DNA from: Oscillospiraceae bacterium
Lineage (GTDB): Bacteria; Bacillota; Clostridia; Oscillospirales; Acutalibacteraceae
Assembly (NCBI GenBank): GCA_015065585.1
Contig: SVQC01000003.1
Location: 1,363-65,362 of the forward strand
Length of the DNA: 64,000 nt
Reading direction: 5' to 3'
The position numbers and the translations under genes are program-made. Each line of letters begins with the position of its first letter. The stretch's first letter is position 1. The notes under the pieces were generated by a model. That model made no database searches. It was not told the DNA's origin and saw only the letters and a list, made by a program, of their open reading frames with translations. Shown here piece after piece: positions 35,638 through 43,006 of this stretch.

Positions 35638-35905
35638 AAAAAAAGTCCCTGAAACAAAAGTTTCAGGGACGAAAATAAATTCGCGGTACCACCCTAATTA
35701 CCGTAATATACGGTCACTCGGTAAGACTCCAACAAGCCTTTAGCCATGGTAACGGGGCTAGCCGTAACCGCTTACTTTATATTTCGGCAGTTCTGCTCCG
35801 GAATGAGACTTACTTTATATCACCGTACCGACTCTCACCAACCGTCAGTTCTCTGAAAACAGCGCATATAAAGAATAATTCCTTCATCGCATTTAAAAAT
35901 TTTTA
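35638..35905 (-). promoter_or_regulatory. T-box riboswitch leader, specifier CUC (Leu)
   Basis: Minus strand shows the GA/K-turn GCGAUGAA..GGAGCA and the AG bulge AGAGA (35850-35854). The distal hairpin is ACUGAC-GGUUGGUGAGA-GUCGGU. The specifier loop ..GUAAGU-CUC-A-UUCC places the codon at 35805-35807. The T-box sequence AGGGUGGUACCGCG is at 35682-35695. The terminator GTCCCTGAAAC-ttttg-TTTCAGGGAC plus seven T is at 35638-35670. Confidence 0.88.
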
Positions 35906-35908
35906 TCC

Positions 35909-35937
35909 ATTATAACATTGACTTTTTGTTTTGTCAA
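35909..35937 (-). promoter_or_regulatory. Consensus sigma-A promoter (TTGACA-17 bp-TATAAT) of the Leu T-box operon
   Basis: Minus strand reads TTGACAaaacaaaaagtcaatgtTATAAT. The -35 box starts 15 nt after the ilvE stop. Confidence 0.75.
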
Positions 35938-35952
35938 CACTTATTTTGAAAA

Positions 35953-37017
35953 TTAATCAATAGGACAAGTCCAACCAAAAGTATCTTCAATATTACCCCA
36001 CTGTATACCGGTAAGAGTATCATAAAGATGCTGGGTAACCTCTCCGATTTTTCCGCCGCTAACCTGATGCTTTACACCCTTATAGCAAAGTTCGCCAATA
36101 GGAGAAACAACAGCGGCAGTTCCGCAACCCCAAGCTTCTTCAAGAGTGCCGTCATTCATAGCGGTCTCAAGCTCGTCAACGCTTAAAAGTCTTTCGCTAA
36201 CCTTAAAGCCTTCTTTTCTCAATACTTCAAGGCAGGATTTTCTTGTAATACCGGGAAGAATAGAGCCCGAAAGCATAGGAGTAACAATTTCCCCGTTAAT
36301 TTTGAACATTACGTTCATAGCGCCTACTTCTTCAATATACTTTCTTTCTACACCGTCAAGCCAAAGTACCTGTGAATAACCTTGCTTCTCTGCTCTTTCA
36401 CCTGCACGGTTACTGGCGGCATAGTTACCGCCGCACTTTGCATAACCTGTACCGCCACGAACAGCACGAACATCCTGGTCTTCTATCATAATTTTAACGG
36501 GGTTAATTCCCTCTTTATAATAACTGCCTACAGGAGAAGCTATTATAACAAAGGTGGCGTTATGTACGGCATGAACCCCTAAGGTTTCATCATTGCCGAA
36601 CATAAACGGGCGAAGATAAAGCGAAGTCCCGGGAGCACTTGGTGTCCAATCCTGCTCAAGTGCAACAAAGGTCTTAAGAGCCTCCATAGCATCTGCTTCA
36701 TCAAGCTGAGGAAGACAAAGTCTGTCAGCAGAGCTGTTCATACGGCGGATATTTTCAATAGGACGGAAAAGCTGAACCTTACCGTCTTTTCTTCTATAAG
36801 CCTTAAGGCCCTCAAAGATTTCACTGCCGTAATGAAGAACGGTTGAAGCGGGATGTAAAGAAATATTTTCAAAAGGAACTATTCTTGCGTTATACCAGCC
36901 CTTTTCTTTGGAATAGTCCATCATAAGCATATGGTCGGTAAAATATTTACCAAAGCCTAAAACACTGCTGTCAGGTTTTTCCTTAGGACAGGTTGTTTTT
37001 GTTATAGAAATATTCAT
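35953..37017 (-). CDS. ilvE: Branched-chain amino acid aminotransferase
   Basis: 354 aa, fold-type IV aminotransferase of the long Firmicutes type (..LHYGSEIFEGLKAYR.., GGTGYAKCGGNYAAS, GITR). Confidence 0.9.
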   Translation of the reverse strand: MNISITKTTCPKEKPDSSVLGFGKYFTDHMLMMDYSKEKGWYNARIVPFENISLHPASTVLHYGSEIFEGLKAYRRKDGKVQLFRPIENIRRMNSSADRLCLPQLDEADAMEALKTFVALEQDWTPSAPGTSLYLRPFMFGNDETLGVHAVHNATFVIIASPVGSYYKEGINPVKIMIEDQDVRAVRGGTGYAKCGGNYAASNRAGERAEKQGYSQVLWLDGVERKYIEEVGAMNVMFKINGEIVTPMLSGSILPGITRKSCLEVLRKEGFKVSERLLSVDELETAMNDGTLEEAWGCGTAAVVSPIGELCYKGVKHQVSGGKIGEVTQHLYDTLTGIQWGNIEDTFGWTCPID

Positions 37018-37035
37018 AATCTATTTCTCCTTATA

Positions 37036-37569
37036 TCAGTTTTCAGCACCAATCTGCATAGCCTTGCGGTTTATTTCAGCCATATCAGCACGTTTTGCCG
37101 ATATAACCTTTGCAAGAGCAGCATCAACGCTTTCCTTTTCATAGTCGTTAATTTTGCTGAGCACCTTACCTACAATAATCATATTGGCAAGCGTTGGCAT
37201 ATTATTATCACTTGCAAGCTTAGTTGCAGGGATATAGAACACCTTAACGTCATCTCTTAAAACTTTTCTTTCAATAAGAGTAGAATCAAGGAATATCATA
37301 CCACCGGGAGCAACGGTGGATTCATATTTATCAAGAGAAGGAAGATTCATTGCAATAAGCACATCAGGTTTTGAAACTATAGGAGAACCTACGGGCTCGT
37401 CACTAACGATAACGCTACAACTGGCTGTGCCGCCACGCATTTCAGGGCCGTAAGAAGGAAGCCAGCTTACCTGCTTATCGTCGATAAGACCTTTATAAGC
37501 CATAAATTTTCCGGCAAAAAGAATACCCTGACCGCCGAAACCCGAAAATAAGAACTGTGTAGTAGCCAT
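37036..37569 (-). CDS. 2-oxoacid:ferredoxin oxidoreductase, gamma subunit
   Basis: 177 aa starting [17 protein letters not shown], typical of POR/KOR/VOR gamma subunits. It is translationally coupled to the beta subunit. Confidence 0.88.
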   Translation of the reverse strand: MATTQFLFSGFGGQGILFAGKFMAYKGLIDDKQVSWLPSYGPEMRGGTASCSVIVSDEPVGSPIVSKPDVLIAMNLPSLDKYESTVAPGGMIFLDSTLIERKVLRDDVKVFYIPATKLASDNNMPTLANMIIVGKVLSKINDYEKESVDAALAKVISAKRADMAEINRKAMQIGAEN

Positions 37570-38324
37570 TATTCTTCCCCCTTTTCTGCGCTTCTGTCTT
37601 TATAAACGCCAAGCGGATAGTAAGGAATCATTTTTTCGTCAATCCACTCTAAAGCCTTTTTCGGAGTCATGCCCCAGTTGGTAGGACAGGAAGAAATAAC
37701 CTCAACAAGCGAAAAACCTTTTCCCTCTATCTGATTTGTAAAGGCCTTCTTAATAGCCTTCTTGGCATTTTTAATATTTTTAACGTTATTAACGGTAACT
37801 CTTTCAAGGTACTCAGGACCGTCAAGCTTAGAAAGCATTTCGCAAACCTTGACGGGATAACCACAAAGATTAACGTCTCTGCCGTAAGGAGAGGTCTGAG
37901 TTACCTGACCGGGAAGTGATGTTGGAGCCATCTGACCGCCGGTCATACCGTAAATAGCATTATTAATAAAAATTACTGTGATGTTTTCATTACGGGCGGC
38001 GCTATGAACAGTTTCAGCCATACCGATAGAAGCAAGGTCGCCGTCGCCCTGATAAGTGAATACAATATGATTTTCGGGGTCGGCTCTCTTAACACCGGTT
38101 GCAACAGCAGGAGCGCGTCCGTGAGCAGCCTCAATCATATCACAGTTAAAATAATTATAAGCCATAACAGAACAGCCTACTGGGGCAACACCAATAGTTT
38201 TGCCTTCAATACCAAGCTCGTCAATAACCTCGGCAACAAGACGGTGAACTATACCGTGTGTGCAACCGGGACAATAATGCATAGGCACATCTGTAAGTGC
38301 ATGAGGTTTATCAAAAACTATCAT
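37569..38324 (-). CDS. 2-oxoacid:ferredoxin oxidoreductase, beta (TPP-binding) subunit
   Basis: CPGCTHG cluster ligands, the TPP motif YQGDGDLASIG..NNAIYGMTGGQ. Confidence 0.9.
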   Translation of the reverse strand: MIVFDKPHALTDVPMHYCPGCTHGIVHRLVAEVIDELGIEGKTIGVAPVGCSVMAYNYFNCDMIEAAHGRAPAVATGVKRADPENHIVFTYQGDGDLASIGMAETVHSAARNENITVIFINNAIYGMTGGQMAPTSLPGQVTQTSPYGRDVNLCGYPVKVCEMLSKLDGPEYLERVTVNNVKNIKNAKKAIKKAFTNQIEGKGFSLVEVISSCPTNWGMTPKKALEWIDEKMIPYYPLGVYKDRSAEKGEE

Positions 38325-39397
38325 TATTTTGCGCCTCCTTTTGCAGCTTCTTTAATAGCGTCAAGCACCTGCTCAGGTGAAGGAATCATACCGCCAGCAC
38401 GGTTGCAAAGGGTTACGGGAACCTTGCAAGAGGTAGCAAGACGCACGTCCTCTATCATCTGACCCATTGAAAGTTCAACAGATATTATACTGCTAACCTT
38501 GTCAACAGCCTTGCTGAAAACTTCTGTGGGGAAAGGCCAAAGGGTAATAGGTCTAATAAGGCCAACCTTTATACCTTGCTTTCTTGCTTCGTTAATTGCG
38601 TTTTTAGAAACACGGGCAGCAATACCGAATGCAGCAATACAAATTTCAGCATCGTCCATAAGATACTCTTCCCACATAGCTTCATTTTCTTCTATGTATT
38701 TATATCTCTCAAAACGTTCAAAATTAGACTTTTCAAGCTCATCGGGAACAAGGAAAAGAGAATTTACAATATTATGTTCGCGTTCCATCTTTGTACCGGT
38801 AGTTGCCCACGGCTTTGCTACAGGTTCGCTCGTTGCAAAATCAAGAGAAACAGGCTCCATCATCTGACCCATAGTACCGTCAGCCAAAATCATAGATGTC
38901 ATACGGTATTTATCGGCAAGGTCGAAGCCCTTAACGGTGAGGTCTGCCATTTCCTGAACAGAAGCAGGGGCAAGAACTATCATTTTAAAGTCGCCGTGGC
39001 CACCGGCTTTTGTGGCTTGGAAATAGTCAGACTGAGAAGGCTGTATACCTCCAAGACCGGGACCACCACGTTGTACATTGACAACAAGAGAAGGAAGGTC
39101 GGCACCTGCAAGATAAGAAAGACCTTCACCTTTTAAAGAAATTCCGGGACTTGAAGAAGAAGTCATAACACGTTTGCCGGTTGAAGCAACGCCGTAAACC
39201 ATATTTATAGCGGCAATTTCACTTTCAGCCTGAAGGAAAGTTCCACCAATTTTAGGCATACGCTTTGCCATATAAGCGGCAATTTCGGTCTGAGGAGTTA
39301 TAGGATAACCAAAGTAATGACGGCAACCCGCAACAATAGCTGCTTCGGCAATAGCCTCATTACCTTTCATTAATACTTTATCTGCCACTTTACTCAC
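38324..39397 (-). CDS. 2-oxoacid:ferredoxin oxidoreductase, alpha subunit
   Basis: 357 aa. MKGNEAIAEAAIVAGCRHYFGYPITPQTEI is the typical alpha-subunit N-terminus. Confidence 0.9.
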   Translation of the reverse strand: MSKVADKVLMKGNEAIAEAAIVAGCRHYFGYPITPQTEIAAYMAKRMPKIGGTFLQAESEIAAINMVYGVASTGKRVMTSSSSPGISLKGEGLSYLAGADLPSLVVNVQRGGPGLGGIQPSQSDYFQATKAGGHGDFKMIVLAPASVQEMADLTVKGFDLADKYRMTSMILADGTMGQMMEPVSLDFATSEPVAKPWATTGTKMEREHNIVNSLFLVPDELEKSNFERFERYKYIEENEAMWEEYLMDDAEICIAAFGIAARVSKNAINEARKQGIKVGLIRPITLWPFPTEVFSKAVDKVSSIISVELSMGQMIEDVRLATSCKVPVTLCNRAGGMIPSPEQVLDAIKEAAKGGAK

Positions 39398-39612
39398 TAC
39401 CTTTCTACCTTAATAATACAGTCAGGACACATTGTAGCGCAGAAAGCGCAACCGATGCAAGCGTCAATATTAGCCGCTTCTACGGGATGATGCCCCTTTT
39501 TGTTGATTTTGTCAGCTGCGAGAATTAAAACCTGTTTGGGACAGGCGTCAACACAAAGACCGCAGCCTTTACAACTATCAGTTTTAAAAGTTAACTTTGC
39601 CAAATTAAACAC
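39397..39612 (-). CDS. 2-oxoacid:ferredoxin oxidoreductase, delta subunit (2x[4Fe-4S] ferredoxin-like)
   Basis: 71 aa with two CxxCxxCxxxCP motifs (CKGCGLCVDACP, CIGCAFCATMCP). It overlaps the alpha start. Confidence 0.88.
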   Translation of the reverse strand: MFNLAKLTFKTDSCKGCGLCVDACPKQVLILAADKINKKGHHPVEAANIDACIGCAFCATMCPDCIIKVER

Positions 39613-39659
39613 TCCTTAGCAAATTTATATATTCGAAAGCACAAATTATTTTGTGTAAT

Positions 39660-40331
39660 CTATAAAATTTTGTCCTGCAATTTTAAGCAGAAAAGATTAT
39701 CAATTTTTCCTTGTAATTCACTGAACAATTCTTCCTTAACTGAAGTAAAAACAACGGGAAGATTAGTTACTTTGCTTATGCTATTTGCATATTCTACCGA
39801 ATACATTACGTCGTTTGCCGTAGTTTCCTCACCTAAATTCGAATTATTAACAATGCCCGTAAACTTCATTCTTGCCGCCGCTTCAATTTCACACATTACT
39901 TCTATTAATGAATCGACATCACGGGTCAAAGGGCGGAAGGAATTAACAACCATAAGCATTTCGTAATTGTTTTCCTCTTTAATTTTGTCGGAAATCCTGC
40001 CCAGTACCAAAGCGCCGCGGTCATCTCCGCCTATATCAAGAATACATTTTAAACTTTTATCATCAGTCACCGCGTACATATCCTGCGGAAGCGCGGGTAT
40101 ATCTACATTTGAATTAGCGTAATCAGAACATATAAGCCTTATGCCCTTCTGATTTAAAAGCTGACTGCTGTCCTTAGTTCTGAAATAAGGATTAACAATA
40201 TCAAGGTCGGCAAGGGCGACATTATCATAGGTTTCTTTGATTTTTACAGCCGCGTTAACTGCTATATTGGTTTTACCGCTACCGTAGTGTCCACAGAAAA
40301 GTATAAGCCGTTTATCAAACATAAATGTCAC
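39660..40331 (-). CDS. P-loop NTPase (SIMIBI class, MinD/ParA/CooC-like), function unknown
   Basis: Walker A-like motif GHYGSGKTNIAVN, then DLDIVNPYFR and DIGGDDRG. It sits inside the operon between the synthetase and the oxidoreductase genes, with gaps of 15 and 47 nt. Confidence 0.7.
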   Translation of the reverse strand: MTFMFDKRLILFCGHYGSGKTNIAVNAAVKIKETYDNVALADLDIVNPYFRTKDSSQLLNQKGIRLICSDYANSNVDIPALPQDMYAVTDDKSLKCILDIGGDDRGALVLGRISDKIKEENNYEMLMVVNSFRPLTRDVDSLIEVMCEIEAAARMKFTGIVNNSNLGEETTANDVMYSVEYANSISKVTNLPVVFTSVKEELFSELQGKIDNLFCLKLQDKIL

Positions 40332-40346
40332 CTGCCTTTGCCTTAA

Positions 40347-42635
40347 TTATAACTTATTACGCTGAATTTTTCCGCTGGTAGTTTTAGGAAGACTTTCCTT
40401 GAAAACTACGATACGGGGATATTTATACGGAGCAGTTCTGTCCTTAACGTATTTTTGAATTTCCTTTTTAAGTTCTTCTGTAGGTTCAGTTCCCGAAACA
40501 AGCACGATACTTGCCTTAACGACCTGTCCTCTGACTTCATCGGGAGCAGCAGAAACACCGCACTCAAGAACATAAGGAAGTTCCATAATAACGCTTTCTA
40601 TTTCAAAAGGTCCGATACGGTATCCTGAGGACTTGATAACGTCATCAACTCTGCCCACATACCAATAGAAACCATCTTCATCGCGCCAAGCGGTATCACC
40701 GGTATGATAATAACCGTCACGCCACGTATCCTTTGTTTTTTCCTCATCACCAAAGTAACAGGAAGCAAGACCGCAAGGCAAACCATTATTTATATTAATA
40801 ACGATTTCGCCCGTCTCACCGACAGGAACATCATTACCGTCTGCATCTATAATATGAACGTCATAAATAGGAGCAGGTTTACCCATTGAACCGATTTTGT
40901 GAGGCGCACCAGTCATATTACCTATTATCATGGTACTCTCGGTCTGACCGAAGCCTTCCAGAATCTGAAGTCCAGTAATCTTTTCAAACTGACGGTAAAC
41001 CTCGGGATTAAGCGCCTCACCCGCAGTAGTCATATGCTTAACCGAAGATAAATCATACTGAGAAATATCCTGCTTTATAAGCATTCTGAGCATAGTAGGA
41101 GGTGCACAGAAAGTGGTAATGTTATGCTTAGCAAACATAGGCAGTATCTCTGCCGCATCAAAACGGTCAAAGTCATATACAAATATGCCTGCCTCACAAA
41201 GCCATTGTCCGTAAATTTTACCCCAAGTAGCCTTAGCCCAACCCGTATCGGAAATGGTAAAATGAAGACCGTCAGGATCCACACAATGCCAATACTTAGC
41301 TGTATGAAAATGTCCTAGAGGATACTTATAATTATGAGCTGCAATTTTAGGATAACCCGAAGTACCCGACGTAAAATACATAAGCATAAGGTCTTCGCCG
41401 CAAGCCGTATCTTCAGTCCGGTTATAGTGAGTACTGTAAAGGGTGTATTCCTCATCGAAGGTACGCCAGCCATCTTTAGTACCGTTAACGATTAATTTAT
41501 TAACAAGCTGTGGATTGTTTTTTGCCGCAATATCAACCTGATTAGCAGTGTCGCCGTCAGCAGTACAGATAATTGTAGTTACTCCCGCTGATTTAAAACG
41601 GTAGTCAAAATCGTGTTCAAGCAACTGATTAGTTGCAGGAATTGCAATAGCGCCAAGCTTATTAAGGGCGATAATAGAAAACCAGAACTGATAATGCCTT
41701 TTAAGCACCAGCATAACGCGGTCGCCTTTTTTTATACCTATGGATTTAAAATAGTTAGCGCACTGATTAGAAGCTTTCATTATATCCTTAAAGGTAAAAC
41801 TGCGTTCTGCACCGTCCCTTGAAATATGAAGCATCGCTCGCTTATCAGGGGTTTTTTTAGCTATGGCATCAACTACATCGAAGCCGAAATTAAATTTATC
41901 GGTATTTTTAAACTGTACAGAAATTGGTGTACCGTTTTCATTCTCGGTAACGTCAACGTATTTATGGTAAACGCGCTCTTTGGTATCCTTAACTCTTACC
42001 TTAGGCTCTAAAACAGCCTTTGCGGGAATGAGTTCTGGAATAGGCTCGCCTGTAGGATTAAGAACTATAGCGTAGAAAAGACAGTCTTTTCCGCCGATTG
42101 CTATCATACCGTGAGCAACGTCACTATCGTAATAAATACTGTCCCCAGGGCCTAATATTTCCTTATGTTCACCTACCTGAACCATAAGCTGACCCTCAAT
42201 AATTATATCAAGTTCCTGACCCGCATGAGTGGTAAGCTCAATATCCTTACCCTGAGCTTCCTCGCTATAAATATTGCGAACGTAAAGAGGCTCGGCAATA
42301 CGATTCTGGAAAGCATAAGCAAGGTTATAATATGTCATACCGTGAGCCTGAGCAATTTTTTGACCCGAGCCTGCACGGGTAACGGTATAGGATTTAAGGG
42401 TAGGACTGTAACCCTCAATAATATCGGTTACATTAACATTAAGGGCTAAAGCGCAACGATAAATAAAGGCAAAATTTAAATCGCTGTTACCGTTTTCACA
42501 CTCTATATATTCACTTGTAGTTACAGCGGTTTTTTGTGCCATTTCCTCAACAGTAAGACCTTCGATTTCGCGAAGTTCTCTGATACGCCCCGCCATTTCT
42601 TTGATTTTAAAGTCTAATCCTGTAATCTGTTCCAT
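40347..42635 (-). CDS. Fusion protein: XRE-type HTH + cupin (PuuR-like) + ACSM/MACS-type medium/short-chain acyl-CoA synthetase (paralog A)
   Basis: The first ~70 aa are an HTH_3 domain (IRELREIEGLTVEEMAQKTAVTTSEYIECENG). Residues ~110-190 form a cupin (ELDIIIEGQLMVQVGEHKEILGPGDSIYYDSDVAHGM). The rest is AMP-forming synthetase: FTSGTSGYPK, ISDTGW, GFGQTE, YHTGDTAWRDEDGFYWYVGRVDDVIKSSGYRIGPFEIES, TAPYKYPRIVVFKESLPKTTSGKIQR. Confidence 0.88.
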   Translation of the reverse strand: MEQITGLDFKIKEMAGRIRELREIEGLTVEEMAQKTAVTTSEYIECENGNSDLNFAFIYRCALALNVNVTDIIEGYSPTLKSYTVTRAGSGQKIAQAHGMTYYNLAYAFQNRIAEPLYVRNIYSEEAQGKDIELTTHAGQELDIIIEGQLMVQVGEHKEILGPGDSIYYDSDVAHGMIAIGGKDCLFYAIVLNPTGEPIPELIPAKAVLEPKVRVKDTKERVYHKYVDVTENENGTPISVQFKNTDKFNFGFDVVDAIAKKTPDKRAMLHISRDGAERSFTFKDIMKASNQCANYFKSIGIKKGDRVMLVLKRHYQFWFSIIALNKLGAIAIPATNQLLEHDFDYRFKSAGVTTIICTADGDTANQVDIAAKNNPQLVNKLIVNGTKDGWRTFDEEYTLYSTHYNRTEDTACGEDLMLMYFTSGTSGYPKIAAHNYKYPLGHFHTAKYWHCVDPDGLHFTISDTGWAKATWGKIYGQWLCEAGIFVYDFDRFDAAEILPMFAKHNITTFCAPPTMLRMLIKQDISQYDLSSVKHMTTAGEALNPEVYRQFEKITGLQILEGFGQTESTMIIGNMTGAPHKIGSMGKPAPIYDVHIIDADGNDVPVGETGEIVININNGLPCGLASCYFGDEEKTKDTWRDGYYHTGDTAWRDEDGFYWYVGRVDDVIKSSGYRIGPFEIESVIMELPYVLECGVSAAPDEVRGQVVKASIVLVSGTEPTEELKKEIQKYVKDRTAPYKYPRIVVFKESLPKTTSGKIQRNKL

Positions 42636-42662
42636 AAATATATCTCCGTTTTTATGTGGGCG

Positions 42663-42945
42663 AATAAAAACACCCGCCCCAAAGTAATGCCTTTGAGACG
42701 AGTGGTAAATTAGATTTCACACCCGCGGTACCACTCAAATTGCGGAAATCCGCCACTCTTGGAATCTAACAATTCCTATGCATTAACGCAGCAATCACGG
42801 AGGGGTTCTACTCATATAAAATACTTTCTTCCCCTCAGCTCAGAAGCTACAAACACGAAATCCTATCCTGACGGTTTTCACCTGCCACCGTCTCTCTGAA
42901 AGAAGGTTTTTCACGTCCTCTTCGTCAAAGCCTTTACTGACTGCT
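42663..42945 (-). promoter_or_regulatory. T-box riboswitch leader, specifier read as GUA (Val)
   Basis: Minus strand shows GA motif GACGAAG..CUUCUGAGC, AG bulge AGAGAG (42892-42897) and distal hairpin ACGGU-GGCAGGUGAAA-ACCGU. The specifier loop ends ..UUU-GUA-G-CUUC, with the codon at 42848-42850. The T-box sequence UUUGAGUGGUACCGCG is at 42724-42739. The terminator ACUCGUCUCAAAG-gcauua-CUUUGGGGCGGGU plus a U-run is at 42663-42703. Confidence 0.82.
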
Positions 42946-42947
42946 AT

Positions 42948-42976
42948 ATTTTATCACAAAATTCAGACATTGTCAA
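42948..42976 (-). promoter_or_regulatory. Sigma-A promoter (TTGACA-17 bp-TAAAAT, TG-extended) of the Val-T-box operon
   Basis: Minus strand reads TTGACAatgtctgaattttgtgaTAAAAT. The -35 box begins 30 nt after the stop of the upstream paralog. Confidence 0.7.
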
Positions 42977-43006
42977 TATTTCTTTTATAAAGGCGAAAAT
43001 TATGTT

